From Setoptus koraiensis (lineage: Eukaryota; Animalia; Arthropoda): a stretch of DNA of 64,000 nt. The stretch covers positions 7,998,001 through 8,062,000 of the forward strand of contig CM106586.1 of assembly GCA_048013815.1 (NCBI GenBank). Reading direction: 5' to 3'. Each line of letters opens with the position of its first letter. Within the stretch, counting starts at the first letter, position 1. The translations under genes and the position numbers were made by a program. Shown here piece by piece: positions 49,805 to 61,048 of the stretch. A model generated the notes under the pieces. That model ran no database searches. It saw only the letters and a program-made list of their open reading frames with translations, and was not told where the DNA came from.

Positions 49805-52228
49805 GGAGCGCGCGAATGATGGATCACTTGTTGATTATGGTGGCTTTAGTGGTGCCAATGGTGCCGATGTAGCGATAAAATGATAAAATGAAATAAAATA
49901 AACCGGGGTGGGGGCGTCGTTGCGTCGACGAGCCGAGTGTATCGACGAGACGCAGCATGCGCCTCTAGTCGGTTACTGTGCCGCGACGCCCGCCGGATGC
50001 CGCGCCATCCCCCTACGACGATCCGCGGGCACCGATCGGGCCAGTCACACATAGTTATATGCAGTCATATACAGTTACAGTTGGCTTGCCGGGCGGCGCC
50101 GGCGATCGGCCCAACGCGAATCTGCGGACGCCTCGAGACTGTCGGGTCGACAGCATCGGCGGCCTCCGGTGCATGCTCAGACTGCAAATAATATGAGTGC
50201 CAATAATATTTATGAATTGCCCGTTGCAGTTGCGCAACCCGAGCTCTCACAGTTGCAACGGCCTGTAACTGTAGCAGTTACAGGTGAGCGCGGCAGTTAC
50301 CGTTGCGGGCACAGGTACGCCGGCCACAGGTGAGCCGGGTCAGTGTGAGTGGATATGAATATGAATCAGTTGCTGCAAGCTGCACGAAACTTGTTGTTTG
50401 GCGCGCCAGCTGCCGCATCGGCCTGCCCGGTCTAGATAGTATTGATTTATCCGTCGCCGCTTAGTCGCTTATTGACCCATTTCTGGCCATTGAGCTCGGC
50501 GGCTTCGGTTGCTTCGGCGGCTTCGGTTGCTTCGGCGGCTCGGCGGCTCCGGAGATTCGCAGATTCGCAGATTCGGCGCTTCGGAGAGCCGCCAGTTCGC
50601 GCAGTCTTCGCAGATTCGCAGACTCGCAGCCGATGGCCGAGCGCTGGCGGATAATGGCCGCCCGGCCAAGCGTCTGGCCAGGCCACTCGGCCGCCGCCGC
50701 CGCTCTCATCGTGGCGGCTGCTTATCGACACGACAACCAACTAATGGCCGGCCATGCGAGCGAGCAGCCGATTGCGGCGCCGAGCTGGACACTGCAGCGC
50801 CGAGCTGGATATTCAATGGTCGGGGAGCCTCGGGCTGCAAGCTCATATTGCGTGCCTGGCGAGTTGTTGCCGGCGCTGCGACCGAACGTTGCCATCGGAC
50901 GGCGTTCAGCGCTCGGCCGGCCGACCGGCCAGCGAAATCAAATAAACAGAACACAGGACAACATAGATCGGCGATTAGCGCTAATTTAACGACGAGCGTC
51001 GCAACAACAACAGCTCGCCATTTACAACCGTTTACCATTTATCCCTTACCATTTCGCCGTTTCGCCATTTTACCTTTTCAGCGTGGCGCCATCGCTGTTG
51101 GCGCTGCTGTTGTTGTTGTCCGCTGTTGTTGTCCACTGGCTACCTGGTCGTTGCGTAACCCGGCCGAGACGCAACGCCTAGACATTATGTAACAATGTGC
51201 GCTGTGCGTAACATGACTCGGCGTGTCATGCAACGGACAGTGTCGTGTAGTGTGTGTGTTCCTCGTTGGCCATTCACGCCACCATTGCGCAACCATTGGC
51301 GCCACACAGGTGATGCCGGCTCAGGTGATGCAGGCAACACAGGTGAGACTGTGCCGGCTGATGCGCGATCGCCTGACCGACGAGGGCCGCGCTCGGCCAA
51401 TCTCATTAGGCTAACATTACACTTGTTGTCGGCTCGCCATGGGCCTGTTGTGATTTGCGGCCAATGAGCTCGGTGTGATTCGCAGCCAATGAGCCCGTTG
51501 TGAACGGGCCGGCGTTCGGCTCCGCTCGGCCAAACACCGAACGAGCGCGGCAAACATCGGCGCAACCCCATTCAAGGCATGCGACCGGCAAGCGGCCCGG
51601 TGCCGTATGGCCGCCGTGACGTGATGACATAATTGACTTTGTTTACACACACACACACTCACTCACTCACCGCGATTATTGTGTAATTATTTTAATTAAG
51701 TTTAATGGTTCGCATTTGGCATTTAATCGGACCTGAGTGACATGCTGTCGCCGTGTTGATGCTGTCGGGCATGCCAACGCTCTCTAATGCCGAGAGTCTC
51801 GAATGCCGACGCTCTCGAATGCCGAGAGTCTCGAATGCTGAGAGTCGCGAATGCCGAGAGTCGCGAATGCTGAGAGTCGCGAATGCTGAGAGTATCGGTG
51901 CGCCCAACGTGGGCTCAGTGTGTGTATGTTGTGGAGATCGCATTACATTATTGTTTATTATTATTAGTATTATTACATTAGTATTAATAGATATCACATT
52001 TAATCGCGCCATTGACCAAACTCTATCGTGCCAGCTCGACGGCCAAAGTGGCCGCTGGCCAGCGGCCACTGCACAACCACTAGCTTGCAACGGTTTATTT
52101 GCTTGCGCACTCCAAATAAATTATTGTGTGTCGTTGTTGTGCTGCCGTTGTCGTGTCATTGTTGCTGTTGCTGTTGTTGCGTTTATGCTGCAGTGACCAT
52201 GATTAGCCGATTACTGGCTCACTTGCAG

Positions 52229-52296
52229 CAGGTGAGTTACAGGTGAGCCGCTAGTCACAGGTGAGCTGTTAGTTACAGGTGAGGCGCACAGGTGAG
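52229..52296 (+). promoter_or_regulatory. Cluster of five CAGGTGAG motifs (E-box / 5' splice-site consensus)
   Basis: CAGGTGAG at 52229, 52240, 52258, 52275 and 52289. Function unknown. Confidence 0.35.
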
Positions 52297-52352
52297 CGTA
52301 TGAGCGCGGTCGGGATAATGCAACCGATAAGTTGCAAACCGATACCTGGGTC

Positions 52353-52383
<31 letters not shown>

Positions 52384-52515
52384 TCGTTGCTGTTGTTGTT
52401 GTTGCCGCTGCTGTTGCTGTTGCCGTGCGTTGGCATTGGCAGCGGCACGCAACACGGCAGCGCCAAGCCAGTCAAAGTATTATGAGTGTAATTTATAAAT
52501 AAACACGCCGGGCGC

Positions 52516-53880
52516 TCAGCGCTTGTTGAAGCGTGATATAAGATCCTTAACCGAGGACGCGGCTCGCCTCGCCGGCTGCCTGTTGCCGGCGCTCTCGGCG
52601 CTCTTGCCGGCCCGGTCGGTGCTGTGGTTGCCGTTGTCGCCGTTGTTGTTGCCGTTGTTGTTGCCGGTCGCTGGCTGGTCGCCGGATCCAAATTGCATCT
52701 TGGTGAGCATGGCATTAATGGCGTCGTCGCCGTCGCCGTTTACATTATCCGCGACCGCTGATCTTATCGCCGGACCTTTCGCCAAACTGACATTGAGATT
52801 AGCGCCGAGATTATCATGCAGCGAGCAATAATTCATTTCAATGCTCGATTGTTGTTGTTGTTGTTGGTGCGCCGGCCAATCTGCGCCGGACTGGCCCTTA
52901 TCGGACTGGGCCTGATCGGCCGCCGGGCCATTAGTGGCGGCCACTTGCTGCTGGCCGCTATGACAAATCGCGCCGCTTGCCACAGAGTGATCGTTATTGC
53001 CAATCGGCAATAAATTACGGCCTCCTCCTATATCGGTTGTGTCGCTGTCTTGTTTGCCAAAGCTATTGCGTAATAACGATTGCGATAACAATGATGATGA
53101 TGGCTCGCCATTAGCCGCTTGTTGCGTGCCATACTGCACTGTCGCTGTTGTTTGCTGTTGGCCGCTCGTCGCGCACTCGATAATACTCTGCTGCTGCTGA
53201 TCATCGTGGCCGTAATTGCAATGATTATTACGATCGTGATTGCGCAATCCGTCGCCGCTGCCGCCGCCGCTGCAGCCACCAGCAACAGGTGACTGACGAA
53301 CGGACGATGGCACTTGGTGGTTGCTGTTGCTGTCGTTGTTGTGATGGCGCGCCAAACACGAATCACCATCTACACCTGTCGCTATTAGTTGTTGTTGCTG
53401 TTGTTGTTGCTGCTGTTGTTGCTGCTGTTGTTGCTGCTGTTGCCGGTCGTTGATGTTGTGATCGTGACCCACGGGGCGGTTGTGGTCCGACTGAGTGCCT
53501 GCTGCCGGTGGCGCCCGGCCCGAGGCTTCGGGACCGAAAGAGTTGCCACTTTTCAATAACAGCGACTCTTTGTTTGTTTCCTCTTCATTTGCATCGCGCT
53601 GCTGCTGCTGCAAACTCTGGCCCGCGATGCTAGTTCTGGGCTTCGGTTGAACCGCCGCCGCCGCCGCCGTCGCCGCTGCAACCGGCGGACTTTGTTTGCT
53701 CGCTGGCACTTTCGATAGTCGATCGGCCCGACTGGCCGGCGTTGCCGTTGATGGTGCCGCTGTCGATGTCGGAGTCGCCGATGTCGGTGTTGCCGTTGTG
53801 TGACAATCGGCAATATCGGCGATTGTCGCAAATGCGCCACTCTCGCCAATGGTTGTTCCTGTTTTATCGCTCATAGACAC
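52516..53880 (-). CDS. Probable terminal coding exon (Q/N/S-rich) of the minus-strand Ig-domain gene
   Basis: 454-codon open frame beginning immediately after an acceptor (cccctcgcttctatgattag|, phase 0). Ends in SVKDLISRFNKR*. Phase matches the donor at 61049; the link is inferred. Confidence 0.55.
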   Translation of the reverse strand: MSMSDKTGTTIGESGAFATIADIADCHTTATPTSATPTSTAAPSTATPASRADRLSKVPASKQSPPVAAATAAAAAVQPKPRTSIAGQSLQQQQRDANEEETNKESLLLKSGNSFGPEASGRAPPAAGTQSDHNRPVGHDHNINDRQQQQQQQQQQQQQQQQQQLIATGVDGDSCLARHHNNDSNSNHQVPSSVRQSPVAGGCSGGGSGDGLRNHDRNNHCNYGHDDQQQQSIIECATSGQQQTTATVQYGTQQAANGEPSSSLLSQSLLRNSFGKQDSDTTDIGGGRNLLPIGNNDHSVASGAICHSGQQQVAATNGPAADQAQSDKGQSGADWPAHQQQQQQSSIEMNYCSLHDNLGANLNVSLAKGPAIRSAVADNVNGDGDDAINAMLTKMQFGSGDQPATGNNNGNNNGDNGNHSTDRAGKSAESAGNRQPARRAASSVKDLISRFNKR

Positions 53881-54626
53881 CTAATCATAGAAGCGAGGGG
53901 CACACAACATGGATAAAATGAACAAGAAGAGGATAAAATTAATTACGACATAAAACTATTTCATCATTAAGCGTTATTCGGTTACTAATAAAGTTGGCCG
54001 CATAAGATCTACAGCTCAGCTACTATTTGGGTGCAGGACTTTTGCGCAAATTGGCTCGCAAAATCTTCCAAGATTCTATGCGTCGCTGATCCGACGAAGC
54101 ATAAATGACAATTGTGGCACTGGCGGGCGATTGTCTCAGTGCCTACACTTAGTCTGGCTACGACCAGCTCACAAGTCAGTTAGTCGGAATACTCTGGTGA
54201 ACTCGAGTGAATTCGAATTGACTGCCAGCCGGGGCGATAAACGAATTTCGAGTCACAAATTAATGAGTCACAAATAAATGAGTCTAGACACATTTTTGAC
54301 TTGGTTCATTTTGATCAAATTGCGTTTGTGTCCGATTGATTGAATCGCCACAAACTTGTCTCACTCGATGGATGCGCCACTATTGAGCGGACAAATTTGC
54401 AAGTGACGATGTTGCCATTGTGACATTCGCCAATTGGAGCGCCATCAGGCAACAGCGAGCGCCGTTGGCTCCAACAGTGAGTAGGACAATAGTGAATTTC
54501 AATTATAATCGGCATAATCGCTGTAGATAGATCACCTGTAATCGAGCTAGACAGAATCACTGTTAACAGCGGCCAGAATAGCCAGCTTAGAGTGGGCAGC
54601 GAGCAAGCAGCAACAACGGCAACAGG

Positions 54627-55518
54627 ATGAAAGTAACTCGTATCACAGCGATGGTGCTCGTACTACATCACATGGCTATCGCAACCGAATCTCAGCAGTT
54701 TCTCGCGAGCCTCATGATTTCGGCCGCTCTAATGGGTACGTAACAACAATAATCTCATTTGCATACGACCGCGATTAATCAGTTTAGCTAACTCAATCAA
54801 TTAATTAATATTAATTCAATTGAATCGCTGCCGTGCGCCAACCAAAAACCAACCAAAACAACCAACCAATATCAACGGTAACAGTGGCATTCTCACGTAC
54901 CAAAGTCAACAACAAGACAGTGATCGTCGACGCGGGCCTCAACAGTCAGCCCCACTACTACCCGATATCTTACTACCCCAACCAGTATCAGTATCAGCAG
55001 CAGCAGCAGCAGTACCAATTGCAGCGGCACCAGCAGCTACAGCCAACCTTCTACCAAGTGCCCTACCAAATGCCCTACCAGACGCCCTACCAAATGCCCT
55101 ACCAGACGCCCTACCAAGTGCCCTACCAAGCGCACTATTCTCAGCAGCACAGTTCCTCTGACGGCCCTCACGTGTAAGTTTCGCTCTGTCGGCCCCTGTC
55201 GGCCGAATCGTCAATTTCCGTCGGGCCGAATTGGCGCTAAAATTGAGCGCTGAAATCGTCCGACACAACTGACCGAATCAAGCGGATCGGTCAGACCGAT
55301 CGATCGAGACAAGACGCTAATTGGCGTGTCATAATTACTGTAATTACAATAATCGCTCCTCTCGTTCTGCTGCCTCCCATTACGGCGCAATTGCAATATT
55401 GCGCCGCACTAAATGTCTGGATATTATTAGACTGGTCGTACCCATTAATTACGTTGGCGGCCGCGTTGGCGGCGCCGTGGACGTCGGCGCACTCACCGGC
55501 CCGCACTACTTCTACTGA
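54627..55518 (+). CDS. Small secreted Tyr/Gln/Pro-rich (cuticle-like) protein, 140 aa; join(54627..54632,54696..54735,54885..55173,55431..55518)
   Basis: Three GT..AG introns with compatible phases give signal peptide MKQFLASLMISAALMVAFS, PYQ(M/T/V) repeats and C-terminal VPINYVGGRVGGAVDVGALTGPHYFY*. The last intron is less certain; the CDS could stop at 55177. Confidence 0.6.
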
Positions 55519-55595
55519 CCAGTGACTACTACCGACCAGTGACCACTGCCGACCAGTGACTACTGCTGACCAGTGACTACTGCTGACCAGTGGTC
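55517..55595. repeat. 17-bp minisatellite (gaccagtgactactgct), about 4.5 copies
   Basis: Units at 55517, 55534, 55551, 55568 and 55585. Confidence 0.9.
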
Positions 55596-56234
55596 AGTGC
55601 TGGCGCAAGCGACCGGGCACAAGCGACCGAGCGCAAGCAAGCGAGCGCAAGCGAGTGCCAATCAACTGGCCCGATAACTAAACTTATTGAGACCATTGGC
55701 TTATTGTCGGACTATCGGGAATGCGCAAACACATTGGGTGTTGATTGGTGGAGCTTGCAATAAAGATAAATCGGAATAAAGATTGGCAATAGTGAGCGGT
55801 GGTTGGTCAACGACTCAAATGAATTCACTCAAATTATTCCTTGTTGTTTGTTAGTTATTTGTTTGGCTGGCCTGTATTGGTGCCAGCACACCAGCGCATT
55901 GCATAACAATAATGGCGTTGTAATCAGCTTGCATTGCAAACAAAACACACTTCAAGTCAGCGCTGACCTGGCTCGTTGCGAGTCAATTGTTGTCCGATCG
56001 GCCAACAGCAACAACGGCGCCAACAACAACAACAGCAACAACAATCATAAATTGATCATCATCAATTGTTTTGTTTTTAACTAACCAACTCTCGACTAAC
56101 CTACTTCGCCGTTGCCCCCTCACTGCCCTCTCGAGCGCACTCTCTACGCCATGCTCTCTAGTTTGCTCACCAGTATGGTCTATTTTATCTCTGCCTGTAG
56201 CCCGGCGCGGCGCGATGACGCAATCACAGAAGAT

Positions 56235-56325
56235 GACGCAATCGGCGCGAACGAGCGACGCAATAGCCGCGAACGAGCGACGCAATCGCCGCGAACGAGC
56301 GACGCAATCGCCGCGAACGAGCGAC
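56235..56325. repeat. 22-bp minisatellite (gacgcaatcgccgcgaacgagc), about 4 copies
   Basis: Units at 56235, 56257, 56279 and 56301. Confidence 0.9.
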
Positions 56326-58189
56326 CAAGCCCGAGAAACGCCATCCATTCTCTGTTGCCTTGTTTTATCGGTTCGTCCGCGCGCTGCCGTCGTTGTTGTC
56401 GCTGATGCCGCTGTTGTTGTTGTTGCCGCTGTTGTTGTCGTTGTTGTCGTTGTTGTTGTTGTTGCCGCTGGAAGAGGCGCTGGTGGCGCCAATCAATTAG
56501 CCACAGTTCGTACGGGCAGCGCAACAAAGCAGCCAGTTACTCTTATCGTCTCATCGTCGTCATGAGCCGCGTCTCTTTGTCTCATTCTGCGGCTCGCCGA
56601 TTGTCCGAGCGACGCAATCCCGCGCCGAGCTCGCGATGCGACAGGTGCAATCGCGCTGCCGGCCAGCGATTTATATGGGCCTGGCCGGGCACAGGCTGGC
56701 GGGGGACACTGCGCATAGATTTGCAGTTTTGCGGGCTCGACAGTGCGCTCTCGCTCGCAAACAACCGCCGCAGTCGCCGCAGTCGCCGAGGAATTCAGAG
56801 GAATCGCTCCTCCTTCGAGCGCTTCATCGAGCGCTTCATCGAGCGCTTCTCCGAGCGCTTCTCCGAGCTCTCGCCGGCGGTTCGCTCGCATTCTTCGGCG
56901 CCCGGTCTCGCCGAGAATGGCGACTGGCCGGCCGACTTTTTACTCGGCGAGCGCTGTTTGTTGTGGCCTTTTGTTGTTGCCTTTTGTCGTTTTGGCTGGC
57001 CCATCGACGATTGAACTCGCTCAATAATGATGATAAGCGCTCGCTCGCACAAAGCGCCAGTCGGCCAGCCGACGCCGAGATATGAACTAATAAATAATCG
57101 CCGGCAACAACAACAACAACGACGCCAACTACAGCGACGGCTAATGATGATGATGATACTCATTAACGCAAAATTTGTTCCCCTCTCAATTGTTGTCGGC
57201 CGGCGGACGGTCGGGCCGGCCGCGGCTGTTTGACTCGGTCCGGCTGGCCCTATTCCGGCCAGAAACAATGTGCCAGAAACTCTGTTGTATCGCCTCTGTT
57301 GTGTTGGCTCCGTTGGCTCTGCAAGTGCGCAGATTGCAAGACGTTGCAAGGGATTTAATAGATGAATTGTTGAATGCTGTTGGCGGCCATCTTCTCCGTA
57401 GTGGCAAGTGGACAAGTGATCAACCACTTGCCACCAGTCGCACACAACAACAGCAACAACAACAGCAACAACAACATTGCGTAATATTAACATTGCGTAA
57501 TATTAACGTTGCCCAACAACATTGCTCAACAAGCGCACAGTTGAGCCGAGCAATGTTGCATCATCACTTGTTGCGTGTTTGCGCTAACGGTTCAACAACG
57601 GCACACACCAACAACACACACACTTGACTACTTGACCACTTGACCACTTGACCACTTGACACACACACAGCACTGAAGTAGTGAAGAGTGTACCTGTTGT
57701 CGGACATTGTCGGCCCGCAACGAGCCGGCCAGACGAACAGGAAGCCCGGCGATAACGACACAATGGGCACCAACGTCGCTTGTCGGGCTCAATTAGCAAC
57801 CAGTTTTGCCTGGCATCTCACCCTGGCGGCCGAGCGCCGCATGACAAGCCAGCCTCATGCCAAAACTCATCTGTTATGCGTTATCACACTGCCTACAAGC
57901 CATGTCTGGAGGTCAGCTGATGATTATGTACAGGCTAGATTATATAACATTACATAACGTTAAACATTAACAATTGTAAGTAACAACACATGCAATGGTG
58001 TGCTACATGCAACGGGCTGTTCGTCGCACTTGTTGGCCGGCACGCACATTCGGCTGGCCGCCAATCGTCATTTGCCGTTCACGCTCGGGCCGCGCGGGCC
58101 GCCCAGGCCCACCCGACCGCTGTAGGCCCCCTTCCAGCCCTAAAGTAGACTACCGATGTACCGATGGGTGCAAATCTGCCAATGTCTTT

Positions 58190-58365
58190 GGGGGTAACTG
58201 CCGAAAGGCCCAACTTCACAAGGCCGAACTTCACAAGGCCGAACTTCACAAGGCCGAATGATCAAAACGCCGATATCATAAGGCCGAAAATTATAACGCC
58301 GAGATTGAGATGGCCGAGCTTCTTATGGCCGAAATGTTAAAAAGCCGAGAGCTTGAATGGCCGAC
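58190..58365 (+). mobile_element. Probable DNA-transposon terminus (MULE-like) with ~15-bp periodic GCCGA sub-terminal repeats
   Basis: GGGGGTAACTGCCGAA followed by about 11 units spaced 14-16 bp (ggccgaacttcacaa-like units at 58207, 58222, 58237, then degenerating), then an AT-rich tract to ~58880 contrasting with GC-rich flanks. No matching opposite end seen. Superfamily is inference. Confidence 0.45.
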
Positions 58366-59685
58366 ATCTTGATGAGATAATGTTGAAATGATCAAGAGAA
58401 TCGTCTCGTGAGATGAATCTCGAGACTTGATTGGAAAAAAATACTTTCATCTATCTTTTGTACTTCTGATTATTCACGCGCTCGAATATCTCAATCTAGA
58501 TATGTGTTCACATTCATTCAGTCACATTTGAACATCATTAGCATCACTGCAACTACTGATTCAATATTCACTTGAATACACCGATATAAATTCTTAAACC
58601 ATTTACTATCATGGAAAGTTCCATTGATAATAATACTGGTTTGGTAATCTCTCTTTCATGAGAGCGATGCTTCTCATGAAAGAGAAGTTATTATTTCGAA
58701 AACAAATAAAGGCCGACCTTAGTCGATGATTACGGATTCGAATTGGATAAGAAATTGAATAATGAAACAAACACTCATTACTGTAAATGTTGTGAGTATA
58801 GAACAAAAGGCTGCCTTAGACGCTTGATCGCTAACTTGATAGGAGCAAATCATATATTTATCCGATTTAGTATCGACGGCTGGAGATATCGACAATGCAC
58901 ACATGGCAGACTGGACCGACCCGATAACTGACCACATAACCGACGGCCTGCCGGCCAGTCAAACCGGGAGTTTGCATCATAAATGAAAATTAGCGATCCC
59001 AATTAGATGCTGGCCGCTCAAATTGGGCCCGACACGGCAAGAGGCAAATTCGGCAAGAGGCAGCGATGGACTTTGGATAACTTTGTCGAGATTGTCGCAC
59101 GTCGAGCCTGAGTGCCGTCGGGCCGTCGGGTTTTTGGGGCGGCAGCAGCAACCACAGCAACTACAACGGCAACCACAACGGCGTTGTTGGCCACTGTCGG
59201 CCGTTGTTGGCTGGTGTAAATTAGAATTGGCACACAAACAAAGCGCCGGCAGTGTGCGTGCCGACGCAAGAGTCGCAATGAAAGGAGAGTTTTTATCCGA
59301 TTCTCTCACTGCGAAATCACCGCTGGCCGTCGTAACGTGGTGGTCGCTCCTTTGTCAGTGCCAACACTCAGCCGGCCAAATTGATTAGATTTGGTCGTAT
59401 CAATCAAGCGACTACCGCGCCGGCCGGCCGGCCGGCCATCGTGCCGAGCTATTATCAGCCGGCTAACTTGATAAGTTGCATCTCTCTCTTTCATGACTTG
59501 AATGGCGAATGGCGAATGGCGAGCGGCCAACGGCCAGCGCTGGCCGCAATCGCCGGCAAACGCTCGAATGGCGAATGAGATTATTATTATTATGAGAAAG
59601 TAAAAAGCTTAGGCTTAGTGGCAGGGTTATGGTCGCTTTATGCGCTCGCCCGGCTAGTTATCGGCGGCCATTGTCGGCCGTGTCT

Positions 59686-59742
59686 GTGGCGAGACTCTCA
59701 AGTGGCGAGACTCTCAAGTGGCGAGACTCTCAAGTGGCGAGA
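59686..59742. repeat. 16-bp minisatellite (gtggcgagactctcaa), 3.5 copies
   Basis: Units at 59686, 59702, 59718 and 59734. Confidence 0.9.
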
Positions 59743-60617
59743 ACCGTTCTCAGCGAGCTTGTTTGCTGCTCGTTACGTCATACTTGTTGCCTTGTGTCTT
59801 TATTTTATTGGGCTCAGCGGCCGTGCGCGCTGTGCAACCATTAACTCGCCTTATTAATGGCCGGCCGGCCGGCCCAGCCACTGGCGACCTAATGAACGAA
59901 TATAAACAGTCCCTGCCAACGATAATTGTCTGCGCACAAATCTCATCTGCATATCTGCGTCCGATCTGCACAGTTCGCGCATTGTTTCAGCCGGCCGGGC
60001 GAGTGGGGCCGCGCGGCACAGCCCCGCACCGGGCGCACAACATCGGTTACATGATACCGGATAAACGAGCGCATAAGCGAGCGGATAAACGAGCGCACAG
60101 CACGAACGAAAGAGCGCGCAAACGAGAGGGGAGCGCTGTGAGAAATCGCGTTTATGCAAATTAATCAGCCTTGGCGGACAAACTCTGGCGAGACACACTC
60201 ACATTGGCATTCACATGTATACTATCGCATGTTGTATACGTCACCCCTTTGGCCGGCATGATGAATCATGATCACGACCGTGAACATTCATCAGGCCTCC
60301 ATGGCGTGCGATGGCAGCAACATCATTAGAGTTGTAAATTATTCAGTTGGCTCCATGAGATCCAGTTGTCCTATTGCATGTCGGCCGGCCAGTTTGTGTG
60401 AGTCCGCCCGTTGGCCGGCGCTCGCTTGCTCGCTTGTCCGCTCTCGGGCTCTCGGCCGGCCGCTTCGGGGGCTTCGAACGGCCGCCGCCGCGTCATATCG
60501 GCACCGGTCTAAATTATTCATCGTTCTTCAGCATCTATTTAATTATCCAAATTGATTTAGAGAGCGCAGCACTTGAGCGCCGTCCCGCAACAAGTGCCGC
60601 TCGCCCATGCCTCCCGA

Positions 60618-60771
60618 CTCCCGCACCGAGACTCCCGAGCCGCGACTCCCGCACCGAGACTCCCGAGCCGCGACTCCCGCACCGAGACTCCCGAGCCGCG
60701 ACTCCCGCACCGAGACTCCCGAGCCGCGACTCCCGCACCGAGACTCCCGAGCCGCGACTCCCGCACTGAGA
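60618..60771. repeat. 28-bp minisatellite (ctcccgcaccgaga ctcccgagccgcga), 5.5 copies
   Basis: Five perfect units at 60618, 60646, 60674, 60702 and 60730, each a dimer of related 14-mers. Confidence 0.95.
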
Positions 60772-61048
60772 CTCGGACTGCGAGTCGCGGCTGCGCCGAC
60801 GATCGCGACCGCGTCGACGGGCTCGGCCGCATCCACGGTCGTGTCTCGCCGGCCGAGCGCCGCCCGATTAATTATAAACTATAAATCATAAATTATCCGA
60901 GAGGCGGCCGATCTGGCCGGCGAGCTGCCCTCCGCTCGCCACTGTCGACGCTCGATTGTCGACCCTCGATTCTCGACGCTCGACGCTCGGCTCTCGACGC
61001 TCAAAGCTCGATTCTCGACCCTCGACGAGCGCACAGTTCGCAACTTAC

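Noticed and set aside
55517-60771. Direct-repeat arrays as possible CRISPR
   Set aside because: Units are head-to-tail without unique spacers, there are no cas genes, and the context is eukaryotic.
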